Of a stretch of 64,000 bases of DNA, positions 54,598-64,000 are shown in pieces. Source of the DNA: an uncultured Gammaproteobacteria bacterium (lineage in GTDB: Bacteria; Patescibacteriota; Microgenomatia; Levybacterales; UBA12049); NCBI GenBank assembly GCA_964408485.1, contig CAYOZJ010000003.1, positions 1,290-65,289 of the forward strand, written 5' to 3'. The notes beneath the pieces were generated by a model that saw only the letters and a program-made list of their open reading frames with translations, made no database searches and was not told where the DNA came from. Made by a program: the position numbers and the translations under genes. The stretch's first letter is position 1. Each line of letters opens with the position of its first letter.

Positions 54598-56361
54598 ATG
54601 TGTGGGATATTTGGTTACCTAGGAAATAGAACTGACACGGCAGAGATGGTCTTATTTGGTCTTAAACTCTTGGAATACAGAGGGTATGACTCGTGGGGAA
54701 TTGCTGTTAAAAAAGATAACAAGTTAGTGCTTGAAAAGCACGTTGGAAAAATTGGTGACGCTTCAACAATTCTTCCAAAAAGCTCTTTAGGTATCGGACA
54801 TACGCGTTGGGCAACTCATGGAGGTGTAACTGTTGAAAATGCCCATCCTCACCTTGATTGTACCCATCAACTTGCCCTTGTCCATAACGGAATCATTGAA
54901 AATTTTCAAGAATTAAAGGATGGACTTATTAAAAAAGGACACATATTTCTTTCTCAAACAGACACAGAAGTGGCAGTGCATTTAATAGAGGAAGAAATGA
55001 AGACAAAGGAATTTGCAGTCTCTGTAGAGGATGCGTTTAAGCAACTCAAAGGATTTAATGCATTTGTTATTGCTGACGCAACGTCAAAGGAGATTATTGC
55101 TGTTAAGAATGGTTCTCCACTCGTTGTTGGAAAAGCAAGCGATGGTTTGTATGTTGCCTCTGATGTTTCTGGAATTATCAAACACACACGTAACGTTTTC
55201 TTTCTAGAAGATAATCAAATGGTTATTCTAGGACAAGGCGTTACGCTCTTTAGTTTAGAAAATGGACAAGAGATACAACCTCCATTTATGCAGATTGATT
55301 GGACCTTTGAAGCATCAGAAAAAGGAAAATACAAACACTTCCTTGATAAAGAAATCCACGAACAACCAAAGGTTTTGGAAAATATAGCATTAACATACGA
55401 CAGTGAAATTAAAAATTTTGCAAAACTTATTAAAGAAGCACGAGGAACATTTTTCTTGGGATGTGGCACTGCTTCTTATGCTGCTCTTGCGGGAACCTAT
55501 CTTATTTCCAAAATCGCTAAAAAACATATTAATTTTACTGTAGGATCAGAATTTGAATATTTAGAAGATTATATAACACCTCAGACCCTCGTTGTTCCTA
55601 TTTCCCAATCGGGTGAGACAATAGATGTCGTTGATCCTGTTGGAAAGGCAAAGAAAAGGGGTGCGAAGATTGCAGCAGTTGTAAATGTGCTTGGTTCAAC
55701 GCTATATCGCATGGCTGATTTTTCATTACTTCTTGGTGCAGGTCCTGAGAAAGCGGTTATTGGGACAAAGAGCTTTATTGCAATGTATGCCGTTCTTCTT
55801 CTCGCTGCATATGAATTAGCAGGAATGCTCAAAGAGGGAAAGCATCTTCTTCAGGAATCAGCTAAAGATATTACTAAAATCCTTGCCCCAAATTCTATCC
55901 AAAAAATAAAAGATGTTGCCTCTTTCTTAAAGACTAAAGAGCATCTTTATGTGATAGGACGAGGGCTTTCCTATCCTGCGGCGTTAGAAGTAACCCTAAA
56001 ATTAAAAGAAACAGCATATATTCATGCGGAAGGATTCGCTGGGGGAGAGCTAAAGCATGGTGTTATTGCATTGATTGAAAAGGGAACTCCGTGTATTGTT
56101 ATTGCACCAAATGACGAGACATACGATGAAATAATTTCTAATGCACAAGAAATAAAGGCGAGAGGAGGATACATTATTGGTATTGGACCAAAAGAAAACG
56201 GTGTTTTTGATTCATTTATTCAGACGGGAGATACTAAGGAGGCAACGCTTATGTCCCAAGTAGTTGTTTCACAAGTCTTAGCCTATCATTTGGCTCTTAA
56301 AAAAGGACTTACTGATCCTGATAAGCCTCGAAATTTGGCAAAAAGTGTTGTTGTTAAATAA
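54598..56361 (+). CDS. glmS: Glutamine--fructose-6-phosphate aminotransferase GlmS
   Basis: MCGIFGY N-terminal nucleophile Cys and two SIS domains. 587 aa. Confidence 0.9.
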   Translation: MCGIFGYLGNRTDTAEMVLFGLKLLEYRGYDSWGIAVKKDNKLVLEKHVGKIGDASTILPKSSLGIGHTRWATHGGVTVENAHPHLDCTHQLALVHNGIIENFQELKDGLIKKGHIFLSQTDTEVAVHLIEEEMKTKEFAVSVEDAFKQLKGFNAFVIADATSKEIIAVKNGSPLVVGKASDGLYVASDVSGIIKHTRNVFFLEDNQMVILGQGVTLFSLENGQEIQPPFMQIDWTFEASEKGKYKHFLDKEIHEQPKVLENIALTYDSEIKNFAKLIKEARGTFFLGCGTASYAALAGTYLISKIAKKHINFTVGSEFEYLEDYITPQTLVVPISQSGETIDVVDPVGKAKKRGAKIAAVVNVLGSTLYRMADFSLLLGAGPEKAVIGTKSFIAMYAVLLLAAYELAGMLKEGKHLLQESAKDITKILAPNSIQKIKDVASFLKTKEHLYVIGRGLSYPAALEVTLKLKETAYIHAEGFAGGELKHGVIALIEKGTPCIVIAPNDETYDEIISNAQEIKARGGYIIGIGPKENGVFDSFIQTGDTKEATLMSQVVVSQVLAYHLALKKGLTDPDKPRNLAKSVVVK

Positions 56362-56406
56362 TAAGGTGGTCTTCGTTGTAGCTCGGTTTTACGGTATAAT
56401 ATTCAT

Positions 56407-57126
56407 ATGAAAGACCCAATTGTGATTCTTCATGGATGGGGAAGCCTCGTTTCAGGCCAAAAGCGATTTGGGGTAGTAAAACAACTTTTAGAAAAAAAAG
56501 GATATGTAGTTTTTACTCCCGATCTACCTGGGTTTGGTAGTAATTCTTTGGTAAAAGATCAACTGTTTTTTAAGGATTATATTGATTTTGTCACGCTATT
56601 TCTGAAGAAACATAAGCTTAAGAAAGTTATTCTCATCGGACATTCATTTGGTGGTAGAATCGCTATCGCAGTTGCGAAAGAATATCCTGAGTTGATCTCA
56701 AAGCTTATTTTAGCATCTGCATCAGGAATACCTCGAAAATTATCTCTCAAGAAAATGATTGCTCAATTGATTGCAAAGACAGGAAAGCATGTTTTTACTC
56801 TTCCACTACTTCGACCATTTTATCAACCTCTGCGTAAGTTTCTGTATGTAAGTATAGGTGAAATGGATTATTACAAAGCACGACATTTGGAGAAAACATT
56901 TAAAAATGTATACAGGGTAGATGTGAGTGCGGATTTACCAAAAATAGGTACACCAACACTTATTGTGTGGGGAGAAGACGATTCTTTTACTCCTGTTGCA
57001 GATGGAATGCTTATGCATGAAAAGATAAAAAATTCAAAACTTACCATAGTTGCAGATGGTACACATAGATTTCCTTATGAAAGGCCAAGCGAATTTGTAA
57101 GCATTGTTTTAGATTTTTTGTCGTAG
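56407..57126 (+). CDS. Alpha/beta hydrolase fold protein
   Basis: GHSFGG nucleophile elbow and ILHGWGS. Confidence 0.6.
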   Translation: MKDPIVILHGWGSLVSGQKRFGVVKQLLEKKGYVVFTPDLPGFGSNSLVKDQLFFKDYIDFVTLFLKKHKLKKVILIGHSFGGRIAIAVAKEYPELISKLILASASGIPRKLSLKKMIAQLIAKTGKHVFTLPLLRPFYQPLRKFLYVSIGEMDYYKARHLEKTFKNVYRVDVSADLPKIGTPTLIVWGEDDSFTPVADGMLMHEKIKNSKLTIVADGTHRFPYERPSEFVSIVLDFLS

Positions 57127-57127
57127 T

Positions 57128-58717
57128 ATGTTACTTGTTGTTGCATCAATTTTATTTTTTATTGTTCTTTTTTCGACAAGTTTTTTTTGGACCTACCTCT
57201 GGCAACTCAAAGAATATCGGTTTGACAGATTGTATGTTCATATAAAAGATACCTTGCAGGGCAGAAGGGCAATCCTATCCGAGCAAACAGTTATTCTTTT
57301 GTTGGGATTTGTTTTTGCTTTTTTTGGAAATTTTTCTGAAAATATTGCAGGATACTTTCCGTTTGTTGCCACCTTGTTGTTGGCTGTTTTAACATTTCGA
57401 GTACTCTTCTTTATTTATCAAAGACGACAAAAGCGTCCAGTTTTTACACCGAAAGCTGTTTTAATAGTTGTATTATCTCTTTTCCTTTGTGTTGTTGTTA
57501 GTCTAATGCCGTTGACGGATATTTACTTGTGGTTTTTTATAACTCTTTTTATTACCCCCCTTATTATTTCACTTGTTGTTTTTCTTTTTGCTTTTCCTAC
57601 AGAAATTTATACAGACATATATATACAAAAGGCAAAAAAGAAAAGAAGTAGTCTAAAAAATCTTCATGTGATCGCAGTGAGCGGAAGCTATGGGAAAAGC
57701 TCAACAAAGGAAATTATCGCTCACGTGTTGTCTCAAAAATATAGTGTTGTTAAAACGGCTTTATCCAATAATACGCCGCTTGCTATAGCAAAGACTCTTC
57801 TAACAAAAGTGGATACGAATACGGATTTTTTTATTGTTGAGCTTGGAGCATATAAAAAAGGAGAAATACGACAGCTTGCTGAAATAGTTAGTCCAACGAT
57901 AAGTGTTACTACGGCTGTTAGTGATCAGCACTTAGCGCTGTATGGAGAAATGAAGGATGTTGTTGAATCAGAACTAGAGCTCATGAAAGTGATGCCACAT
58001 AATGCGCTAATCATTCTTAATGAGAATAGTGATGGTATGCAGGATTTGTTTAAGAAAATAAAGCAACCCAATATTGTTTGGTATTCTACGAAAAGTAACA
58101 CAAAACGAAAAAACACAATCGTTGCTCAGAATATTACAGTTAGCACAAAAGGTATTACATGGGAGTATCGGGGAAATGGAGGGAGCTTTTCTCTTAGATC
58201 ACCTCTTCTTGGAAAACATACAGTTGAAAATATTCTCCCTGCTGTTTTTCTTGGGAAGAAGTTTGGGTTAAGAAGTAATGAAATAGAGCAGGCAGTAAAG
58301 TCGCTCCGTCCTCTTGCAAAAACAATGGAATCAAAAAAAATTCTTAATGGAATCACCATTATTGATGATACCTTTAATGCGAGTCCCGAATCGGTTGTTG
58401 CAGCAATAGATTACCTTAAGCTTTCTAAAAAAAGAAAAATTTTAGTTCTGTCTCCTCTTATAGAGCTAGGTAAGATGAGTAGTATTCGTCACAAAGAAAT
58501 TGGAGAAAATGTTGCGGGAATTGATTTCCTCTTTATTACTAATAAAAATTACTTTTCAGACATTAAAGATGGGATTGCTGGAGAAAAGGGCAAAGTAAAA
58601 GTTGTGACAGGATCATACGACTTCTTAGCAAAACAGCTCGTAGTGCTTTTAAGAAAAGATGACGCTATTGTTTTTGAAGGAAAGGAAGCAGGAATAGTCT
58701 TGCAAAAAATACAATGA
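57128..58717 (+). CDS. Membrane-anchored Mur ligase paralog (N-terminal domain of about 165 aa and 4-5 TM fused to a MurF-like ligase)
   Basis: Hydrophobic N-terminus, then VIAVSGSYGKSSTKE P-loop, DDTFNASP (like DDSYNANP) and LIELGKMSS. Confidence 0.5.
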   Translation: MLLVVASILFFIVLFSTSFFWTYLWQLKEYRFDRLYVHIKDTLQGRRAILSEQTVILLLGFVFAFFGNFSENIAGYFPFVATLLLAVLTFRVLFFIYQRRQKRPVFTPKAVLIVVLSLFLCVVVSLMPLTDIYLWFFITLFITPLIISLVVFLFAFPTEIYTDIYIQKAKKKRSSLKNLHVIAVSGSYGKSSTKEIIAHVLSQKYSVVKTALSNNTPLAIAKTLLTKVDTNTDFFIVELGAYKKGEIRQLAEIVSPTISVTTAVSDQHLALYGEMKDVVESELELMKVMPHNALIILNENSDGMQDLFKKIKQPNIVWYSTKSNTKRKNTIVAQNITVSTKGITWEYRGNGGSFSLRSPLLGKHTVENILPAVFLGKKFGLRSNEIEQAVKSLRPLAKTMESKKILNGITIIDDTFNASPESVVAAIDYLKLSKKRKILVLSPLIELGKMSSIRHKEIGENVAGIDFLFITNKNYFSDIKDGIAGEKGKVKVVTGSYDFLAKQLVVLLRKDDAIVFEGKEAGIVLQKIQ

Positions 58718-59955
58718 TGCGACCGATTCATCCAGGATTATCGCCTAATGTTGAAAGTGAAGACTTTTTATTAGCACTTTCTCGTATTTTGTGGCCCTTC
58801 TCATACAATAAAGGCTCCGAAACAACGATGCTTGAGAATTGGTTTGAGAAATTTTATAAGGAAAAAGCCTATGCGTTTTCTTCTGCAAGAGGTGCTCTCT
58901 ATGCCGCACTTATTGGGCTCGATGTTGCTGCGGGTGATGAAATTCTTGTAACTGGTTTTACCTGTATCGCGGTAATCGATGCTATCTTAGCAACTGGTGC
59001 AAAGCCAGTATACATAGATATTCAGAAAAATTTTCAACTAGATTTCTCAGACTTGAAGAAAAAAATAACACAAAAGACAAAAGTACTCATTGTGCAGCAT
59101 ACATTTGGTATACCTTCTGTTACAAAGGAAATTTTACATTTTGCGAAATTAAAAAAGATCTCAATTATTGAAGATGTTGCTCATGGTATTGGAATTGCAG
59201 ACAAGGAAAAGCTTTTAGGGACATACGGTATTGCAGGTATTTTTAGCTTGGGACGAGATAAGGCTTTCTCGTGTGTAAGTGGAGGAGTGGTTATTACGAA
59301 AGATAAAAAACTTGCTCAAAGAATACAGGAATTTCAGAGTAAACAAATTTTCTCACCAAAATTAGTTGTCTTTCAAAATCTATTTCATATTGTTGTATTT
59401 TACCTATTTATACTTCCCCTGTATGACATTCTCAAACTTGGAAAAATTTTACTGGTTATGTTTCAGAAATTGAATCTTCTGGCAAAACCTATTGATGTTG
59501 ATGAGTTGGAACATTTTGATCTCTATTATCAAAAATTATCACCTGCACTTGCGGCCGTTGCACTTTCCCAGCTAAATCGATTAGAAAAATTTAATGCAAA
59601 ACGGAAAGAGTATTCATTGTTTTATCAAAAGAGTATAAAGGATGAGATGGTAAGTAGTCTGCCTAAGCATATTCCACTTCTTCGTTTTCCTCTTCTTGTT
59701 AATGACCCTGAAAAAGTAAAAAAACAAGCGAGAAGAAAAGGTGTGTACCTGGGCGATTGGTATAGTAATGGGATAGATCCTAAGGGTACAGATTTGTCAG
59801 AGATTTTCTACACGAGTGGCATGTGTCCTACAGATGAATATATCTCTCAACATATTGTTAATTTACCTACCTATCCAACAATGTCAAAAAAAGATGCTCA
59901 AAAAGTTGTTACAATAATAAATGATTATGTTGAAAGTTCAAGAAATTACAAATAA
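58714..59955 (+). CDS. DegT/DnrJ/EryC1/StrS-family PLP-dependent aminotransferase
   Basis: GDEILVTGFTCIAVIDAI, VLIVQHTFGIPS, IIEDVAHGIG and GIFSLGRDKAFS (Lys region). Confidence 0.6.
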   Translation: MMRPIHPGLSPNVESEDFLLALSRILWPFSYNKGSETTMLENWFEKFYKEKAYAFSSARGALYAALIGLDVAAGDEILVTGFTCIAVIDAILATGAKPVYIDIQKNFQLDFSDLKKKITQKTKVLIVQHTFGIPSVTKEILHFAKLKKISIIEDVAHGIGIADKEKLLGTYGIAGIFSLGRDKAFSCVSGGVVITKDKKLAQRIQEFQSKQIFSPKLVVFQNLFHIVVFYLFILPLYDILKLGKILLVMFQKLNLLAKPIDVDELEHFDLYYQKLSPALAAVALSQLNRLEKFNAKRKEYSLFYQKSIKDEMVSSLPKHIPLLRFPLLVNDPEKVKKQARRKGVYLGDWYSNGIDPKGTDLSEIFYTSGMCPTDEYISQHIVNLPTYPTMSKKDAQKVVTIINDYVESSRNYK

Positions 59956-60943
59956 GAAAGACTGGGAAGATTTTTTGCAAAAAACTTCCAGTGATTTTCC
60001 GCCATTTTTTCAAACATGGAATTGGGGTGAAGTGCAGAAACAACTTGGGACTAAAATAGAGCGGCTCGGTATTTTTGAAAATAAAAAACTTATTGGCATT
60101 ACATCGATAACCTATGTGATTGCCAAACGGGGGATATATCTTCATCTTCGTCATGGACCTGTTTTTGCTCAATATAAAAAAGAATATGTAGATTTTCTTT
60201 TTGAATACCTTATAGAAAGGGCAAAGGTGGTTGATGCATCATTCATTCGATTAAGTCCTCTTTTATCTGAAGACGTTGCTGCTGACCTATTTCCTAAATC
60301 CAAATTTAGAAATGCTCAAATTCATGCAATGGATGCTGAAGTTTGTTGGATTTTGCCTCTTAACCAGTCTGAGGATGAAATTCTTAAAAATATGCGCAAA
60401 TCTCATAGATACCTTATTAAAAAATCACAAACGTCTGGGGTCACCATAGAACGAACAACAAATATGAACAAATTAAAATCATTCCTTCCTCTGTACAAAA
60501 AACTTGCTCAAAAGAAGCATTTTGTTGCTCACAGTGGAATTAAGGAAGAATTAGAGGTTTTTTCAAAAGATAATGAGGCTATGCTTTTTCTCGCCACATA
60601 TCAAGATAAGGTTATTGCTGGTGCTCTTATTGATTTTATTGGTGATATGGCAATATACCGCCATAGTGCCTCAAATGATGAATTTAGGCATATACCAGCT
60701 ATGTATTTACTTCAATGGGAGGTAATTAAAGAAGCGAAAAAACGAGGAATGAAACAGTATAATTTTTGGGGAATTGCGCCGACTACCAAACCTAACCATC
60801 CATGGCAAGGATTAACTCTTTTCAAAACAGGATTTGGAGGAGAAAGAAGGGAATTTATGCATGCAAAAGACTATATATTGACCATGGGCTATTGGAAAGT
60901 GTGGCTTATTGAGCGCATAACGAAGCTAAGGAAGGGATATTAG
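59921..60943 (+). CDS. FemAB/FemX-family aminoacyl-tRNA-dependent peptidoglycan peptide-branch transferase
   Basis: FFQTWNWGEVQ...GI....LIGITSITYVIAKRGIYLHLRHGPVF matches the FemX/MurM N-terminal pattern (F.QS..WG..K...G......RGPV). 340 aa. Confidence 0.55.
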   Translation: MIMLKVQEITNKKDWEDFLQKTSSDFPPFFQTWNWGEVQKQLGTKIERLGIFENKKLIGITSITYVIAKRGIYLHLRHGPVFAQYKKEYVDFLFEYLIERAKVVDASFIRLSPLLSEDVAADLFPKSKFRNAQIHAMDAEVCWILPLNQSEDEILKNMRKSHRYLIKKSQTSGVTIERTTNMNKLKSFLPLYKKLAQKKHFVAHSGIKEELEVFSKDNEAMLFLATYQDKVIAGALIDFIGDMAIYRHSASNDEFRHIPAMYLLQWEVIKEAKKRGMKQYNFWGIAPTTKPNHPWQGLTLFKTGFGGERREFMHAKDYILTMGYWKVWLIERITKLRKGY

Positions 60944-60986
60944 GCAATTTGCCTATAGCTCGCATCTTGGGCTATAATAGTAGTCT

Positions 60987-62000
60987 ATGTCACAACTCTT
61001 GGGATTAACCATTTTGTCCTTTTTTATTACATTTATTCTTCTTATCCCTTTCATCGATTTTCTTTACAAAATTAAGCTGCAACGACAAAAACAACTAACC
61101 CGCGATCTTTTTAACAAACGAACATTTATTTTTGACAAACTCAACCAGTGGAAAGTCGGAACACCTTTTGGCGGAGGAGCACTTCTTATTACAGTGGTTT
61201 CTATATTAACGCTTTGGGCATATGGGCTTTTTCAGGTCAATATTAATCCATGGGAGCTAACAGTTATCCTTATTGGATTTGTTGGATTTGGTATGTTGGG
61301 ATTGTATGACGACTTTAAAAAGCTTATTAATGGAGATGACAAAACTAATTTTTTTGGTCTTAGATTCAGACATAAATTTGTCATCCAGTGGATTTTGGCA
61401 TTCATCATAGCAATACTTCTGTTTACTCATTTAGGCTATTCTTTTATTTTTATCCGGGGTATTGGCCTTGCTTCCTTGGGATTTCTATTTATTCCCTTTG
61501 CAGCTTTTGTTATTGTCGCTTTTGCGAATGCATTTAATATTACTGATGGATTGGATGGGCTTGCATCAGGACTTTTCCTAATTTGTCTCTTAGCATTCCT
61601 TGCCATTACCGCAGCGCAGCTGGATATTGCTTTGGGAATTTTTATCGCTATTCTTATGGGAGCAGTTGGAGCGTTTCTCTACTTTAATATTTTTAAAGCG
61701 CGTCTTTGGCTTGGAGACGTTGGGTCATTAGCATTGGGGGCAACGCTTGCTATCATTGGACTTTTAACAGGAAAAATTTTAGCGCTAGGGATTATCGGCG
61801 GTGTATTTGTTTTGGAAATTGGAAGTTCTCTTATTCAAATTCTTGCAAAAAAATACTTAAAGAGAAAAGTTTTTCCTGTTGCGCCGCTTCATTTATATTT
61901 TCTTAAAAGAGGATGGGAAGAACCAAAGATCGTTATGCGCGCATGGCTTTTAGGATTTATTTTCGCAATTATTGGTTTATATATGGCATTCATTCGATGA
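60987..62000 (+). CDS. mraY: Phospho-N-acetylmuramoyl-pentapeptide transferase MraY
   Basis: NAFNITDGLDGLASG, GDVGS and 10 TM helices. Confidence 0.85.
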   Translation: MSQLLGLTILSFFITFILLIPFIDFLYKIKLQRQKQLTRDLFNKRTFIFDKLNQWKVGTPFGGGALLITVVSILTLWAYGLFQVNINPWELTVILIGFVGFGMLGLYDDFKKLINGDDKTNFFGLRFRHKFVIQWILAFIIAILLFTHLGYSFIFIRGIGLASLGFLFIPFAAFVIVAFANAFNITDGLDGLASGLFLICLLAFLAITAAQLDIALGIFIAILMGAVGAFLYFNIFKARLWLGDVGSLALGATLAIIGLLTGKILALGIIGGVFVLEIGSSLIQILAKKYLKRKVFPVAPLHLYFLKRGWEEPKIVMRAWLLGFIFAIIGLYMAFIR

Positions 62001-63064
62001 AACGCTTACATATCCTGCTCACTCTTCTTGTTGTTGGTATCTCACTGTTCGGCTTACTCATGGTTTTTGATGCATCAAGTTTTATATCATTTCGAGATTT
62101 TGGAACAAAGTATCACTATAGTACCGATCAAGTAGCGTGGATGGTGCTTGGGTTTTTGGGAATGGGATTTTTTAGTTGGTTTGATTATAAAAAGTTTTAT
62201 AATCTTTCCCTTCCTCTTCTTGTTATTGCCATAGGGTTGTTGATTGCGGTTTTTTTACCGGGACTAGGTATAAAGGTATTAGGTGCACATAGGTGGATTA
62301 ATTTTCAATTCTTTGTTTTGCAGCCAGCAGAATTTGTTAAGCTAACGCTTGCTATCTATCTTGCTGCATGGTTTTCTAACAAAGAAAAAGGAAGATTTTT
62401 TGCATTCCTCCTTCTTATGGGAGTTGTATTGGGACTTGTTTTGTTAGAACCAGATATGGGAACAGCAATTATTATTCTTTGTGAAGCATTCGTACTTTAT
62501 TTTCTGTCTGGCGGCAAAGTAATGCATTTTGTTGCGGCGTTCCCTGTACTCGGCTTGGCAGGACTTCTTCTTGCCATTCTTTCACCATACCGCGCAGCTC
62601 GCTTAGCGACTTTTCTTAATCCAGAGCAGGATAGTAGTAATTCTTCTTATCACATTAAGCAAATTCTTATTGCGCTTGGTAGTGGTGGATGGTTGGGGGT
62701 AGGGCTTGGAAATTCTCTACAAAAATATGCATATCTTCCTGAAAATACAACAGATTCTATTTTTGCCATTATCGCTGAGGAGATTGGATTTATTGGCTCA
62801 TTCCTAGTGCTTCTTGTCCTGGCTGCAATTGTTTGGTGTGGAATAAAAATTGCTATGCGGACAAATGATACGTTTGGCAAGCTTCTTGCTGGTGGTATTA
62901 CTGCTTTTCTTGCATCCCAAATGCTTATTAATCTCGGCGCCCAGACAGCACTTCTTCCCCTAACAGGTGTTCCATTGCCTTTTATCTCCTATGGTGGGTC
63001 TGCCTTAGTTGTTGATCTTTGCTCAATTGGTATTCTTATTAATATTGCTAGAAAAAGTTCATAG
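61997..63064 (+). CDS. ftsW: SEDS-family peptidoglycan glycosyltransferase FtsW/RodA
   Basis: MKRLHILLTLLVVG... and GSGGWLGVGLGNS. ATGA overlap with the mraY stop; the ORF-track start at 61913 is upstream read-through. Confidence 0.8.
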   Translation: MKRLHILLTLLVVGISLFGLLMVFDASSFISFRDFGTKYHYSTDQVAWMVLGFLGMGFFSWFDYKKFYNLSLPLLVIAIGLLIAVFLPGLGIKVLGAHRWINFQFFVLQPAEFVKLTLAIYLAAWFSNKEKGRFFAFLLLMGVVLGLVLLEPDMGTAIIILCEAFVLYFLSGGKVMHFVAAFPVLGLAGLLLAILSPYRAARLATFLNPEQDSSNSSYHIKQILIALGSGGWLGVGLGNSLQKYAYLPENTTDSIFAIIAEEIGFIGSFLVLLVLAAIVWCGIKIAMRTNDTFGKLLAGGITAFLASQMLINLGAQTALLPLTGVPLPFISYGGSALVVDLCSIGILINIARKSS

Positions 63065-63075
63065 AGTTCATAATG

Positions 63076-63081
63076 TATAAT
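63076..63081 (+). promoter_or_regulatory. -10 hexamer TATAAT preceded by TG (TGTATAAT) upstream of leader element copy C
   Basis: aaTGTATAATat lies 9 nt upstream of the conserved element start. Confidence 0.4.
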
Positions 63082-63090
63082 ATAAGCGCA

Positions 63091-63152
63091 ACCTCACCCC
63101 AGCCCTCTCCTAAAAGGCGAGGGAGATCAAGGAGATGTATTTTTAGATGAAA
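63091..63152 (+). promoter_or_regulatory. Repeated promoter-proximal hairpin/SD leader element, copy C (murG leader)
   Basis: acctcaccccagCCCTCTCCTaaaaGGCGAGGGagatcaaggagatgtatttttagATGaaa. The stem carries a T:A to C:G compensatory change relative to copy B. Confidence 0.5.
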
Positions 63153-64000
63153 GTAGCAATTATCGGTGGACATATGGCTCCAGCACTCGGGTTTATTTCT
63201 GCTTTACCCAAAAATGTGGAAATCGTCTATATAGGACGAGAGCATGTTTTTGAAGGAGACGAAGGACAATCTCTTGAGCAAAAAACTATCTCTCAGTTAG
63301 GTATTCGTTTTATCTCTATCACAACAGGCCGAGTCCAGAGAATTTTGACCAAGCAAACACTTCCATCCCTTCTTAAAGTTCCACAGGGATTTGCTGGAGC
63401 ATTCGCGATTTTAAAAAAGGAAAAACCAGATGTTGTTGTTGGATTTGGTGGGTATCTGTCTGTGCCTCTTGGAATTGCTGCGCGGATGCTCCGTATTCCC
63501 TTTGTTATTCATGAATCAACACTTGAGGCAGGGTTGGCAAATAAGCTCCTTGCCCCATTTGCAAATAAAATTTGTATTTCTTGGGATAGCAGTAGAGCAT
63601 TTTTTCCTAAAAGGAAAACAGTTTTAACTGGTAATCCATTTTTACCGTTTTCTGCAACTACAAAAGACACCCCCTTTTCTAAAAGTAGTGAAAAGTTACC
63701 GCTTATTGTGATTGTTGGTGGAAGTGGCGGTTCACATTTGGTGAATAATACTGTTTTTCATATCTTGCCAGAGCTGTTAGATACAGCTAGAGTTCTTCAC
63801 CTAACAGGAGATGCAAAAGAGTATAACGATTATGAAAAACTTCTTGCAGAAAAGGAAAAGTTGTCTCCTAAAAAGCGTGATAGATATGAAGTAGTTAAAT
63901 TTATTGACCCCAGCAGTATTAATAGTGTTTTTGCTAAAGCAGATCTTGTTGTTGGGCGATCTGGTATAAATACCGTTGCGGCACTTCTTGCCTTGCGAAA
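63147..64000 (+). CDS. murG: Undecaprenyldiphospho-muramoylpentapeptide beta-N-acetylglucosaminyltransferase MurG, N-terminal part (3' end outside window)
   Basis: MKVAIIGGHMAPALGFISAL and IVIVGGSGGS are the MurG G-loop motifs. The ORF is open to the window end. Confidence 0.7.
   Translation, partial: MKVAIIGGHMAPALGFISALPKNVEIVYIGREHVFEGDEGQSLEQKTISQLGIRFISITTGRVQRILTKQTLPSLLKVPQGFAGAFAILKKEKPDVVVGFGGYLSVPLGIAARMLRIPFVIHESTLEAGLANKLLAPFANKICISWDSSRAFFPKRKTVLTGNPFLPFSATTKDTPFSKSSEKLPLIVIVGGSGGSHLVNNTVFHILPELLDTARVLHLTGDAKEYNDYEKLLAEKEKLSPKKRDRYEVVKFIDPSSINSVFAKADLVVGRSGINTVAALLALR

Noticed and set aside
1-64000. CRISPR arrays, rRNA/tRNA genes, transposases, integrases or phage genes
   Set aside because: Direct-repeat/spacer periodicity, tRNA cloverleaf candidates, and DDE/tyrosine-recombinase motifs were all looked for. 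None was found. The only repeats are the three leader elements and the short microsatellite in rsmH.

Overview
Low-GC, gene-dense bacterial window with short overlapping genes, a split transketolase, and a short MurE and RecO. This is consistent with a small-genome bacterium, possibly CPR/Patescibacteria-like, but that is inference only. Two functional blocks are present. The first (1..36860) is a very large cell-surface glycan or protein-glycosylation locus. It holds at least 13 GT1/GT2 glycosyltransferases and seven large multi-TM GT-C-like membrane glycosyltransferases of two sub-families. It also holds a GtrB-like polyprenyl-phosphate glycosyltransferase with a small GtrA-like membrane partner, an initiating phosphoglycosyltransferase, ManC, three NAD-dependent epimerase/dehydratases and a cupin ketoisomerase. 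Tailoring genes include a methyltransferase, an acetyltransferase, a sulfotransferase-like protein, an APH-fold kinase and a minimal split transketolase pair. The second block (42300..64000) is a division/cell-wall (dcw) cluster: mraZ, rsmH, ftsL, ftsI, murF, murE, murC, murA, a split glmU, glmS, mraY, ftsW and murG. It has unusual insertions: a membrane-anchored second MurF-like ligase, a DegT aminotransferase, a FemAB-family transferase, and HAD and alpha/beta hydrolases. No murD lies between mraY and ftsW. Between the two blocks are a DUF4012 protein, recO, glyS and small proteins. Cis-RNA and DNA signals found by eye include a T-box leader with intrinsic terminator upstream of glyS and a candidate glmS ribozyme upstream of glmS. 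Three AAGTAG direct repeats with exact 10-bp periodicity sit at the mraZ promoter and are candidate MraZ operators. A roughly 60-nt promoter-proximal hairpin-plus-SD leader element is present in three copies with a compensatory stem change. Other anomalies are a GT-C gene split by a frameshift in a G5 homopolymer, a truncated glycosyltransferase remnant, a heptanucleotide microsatellite inside rsmH, and an O-antigen-ligase-like::GT-C fusion protein. No CRISPR array, rRNA, tRNA, transposase or integrase was recognised.
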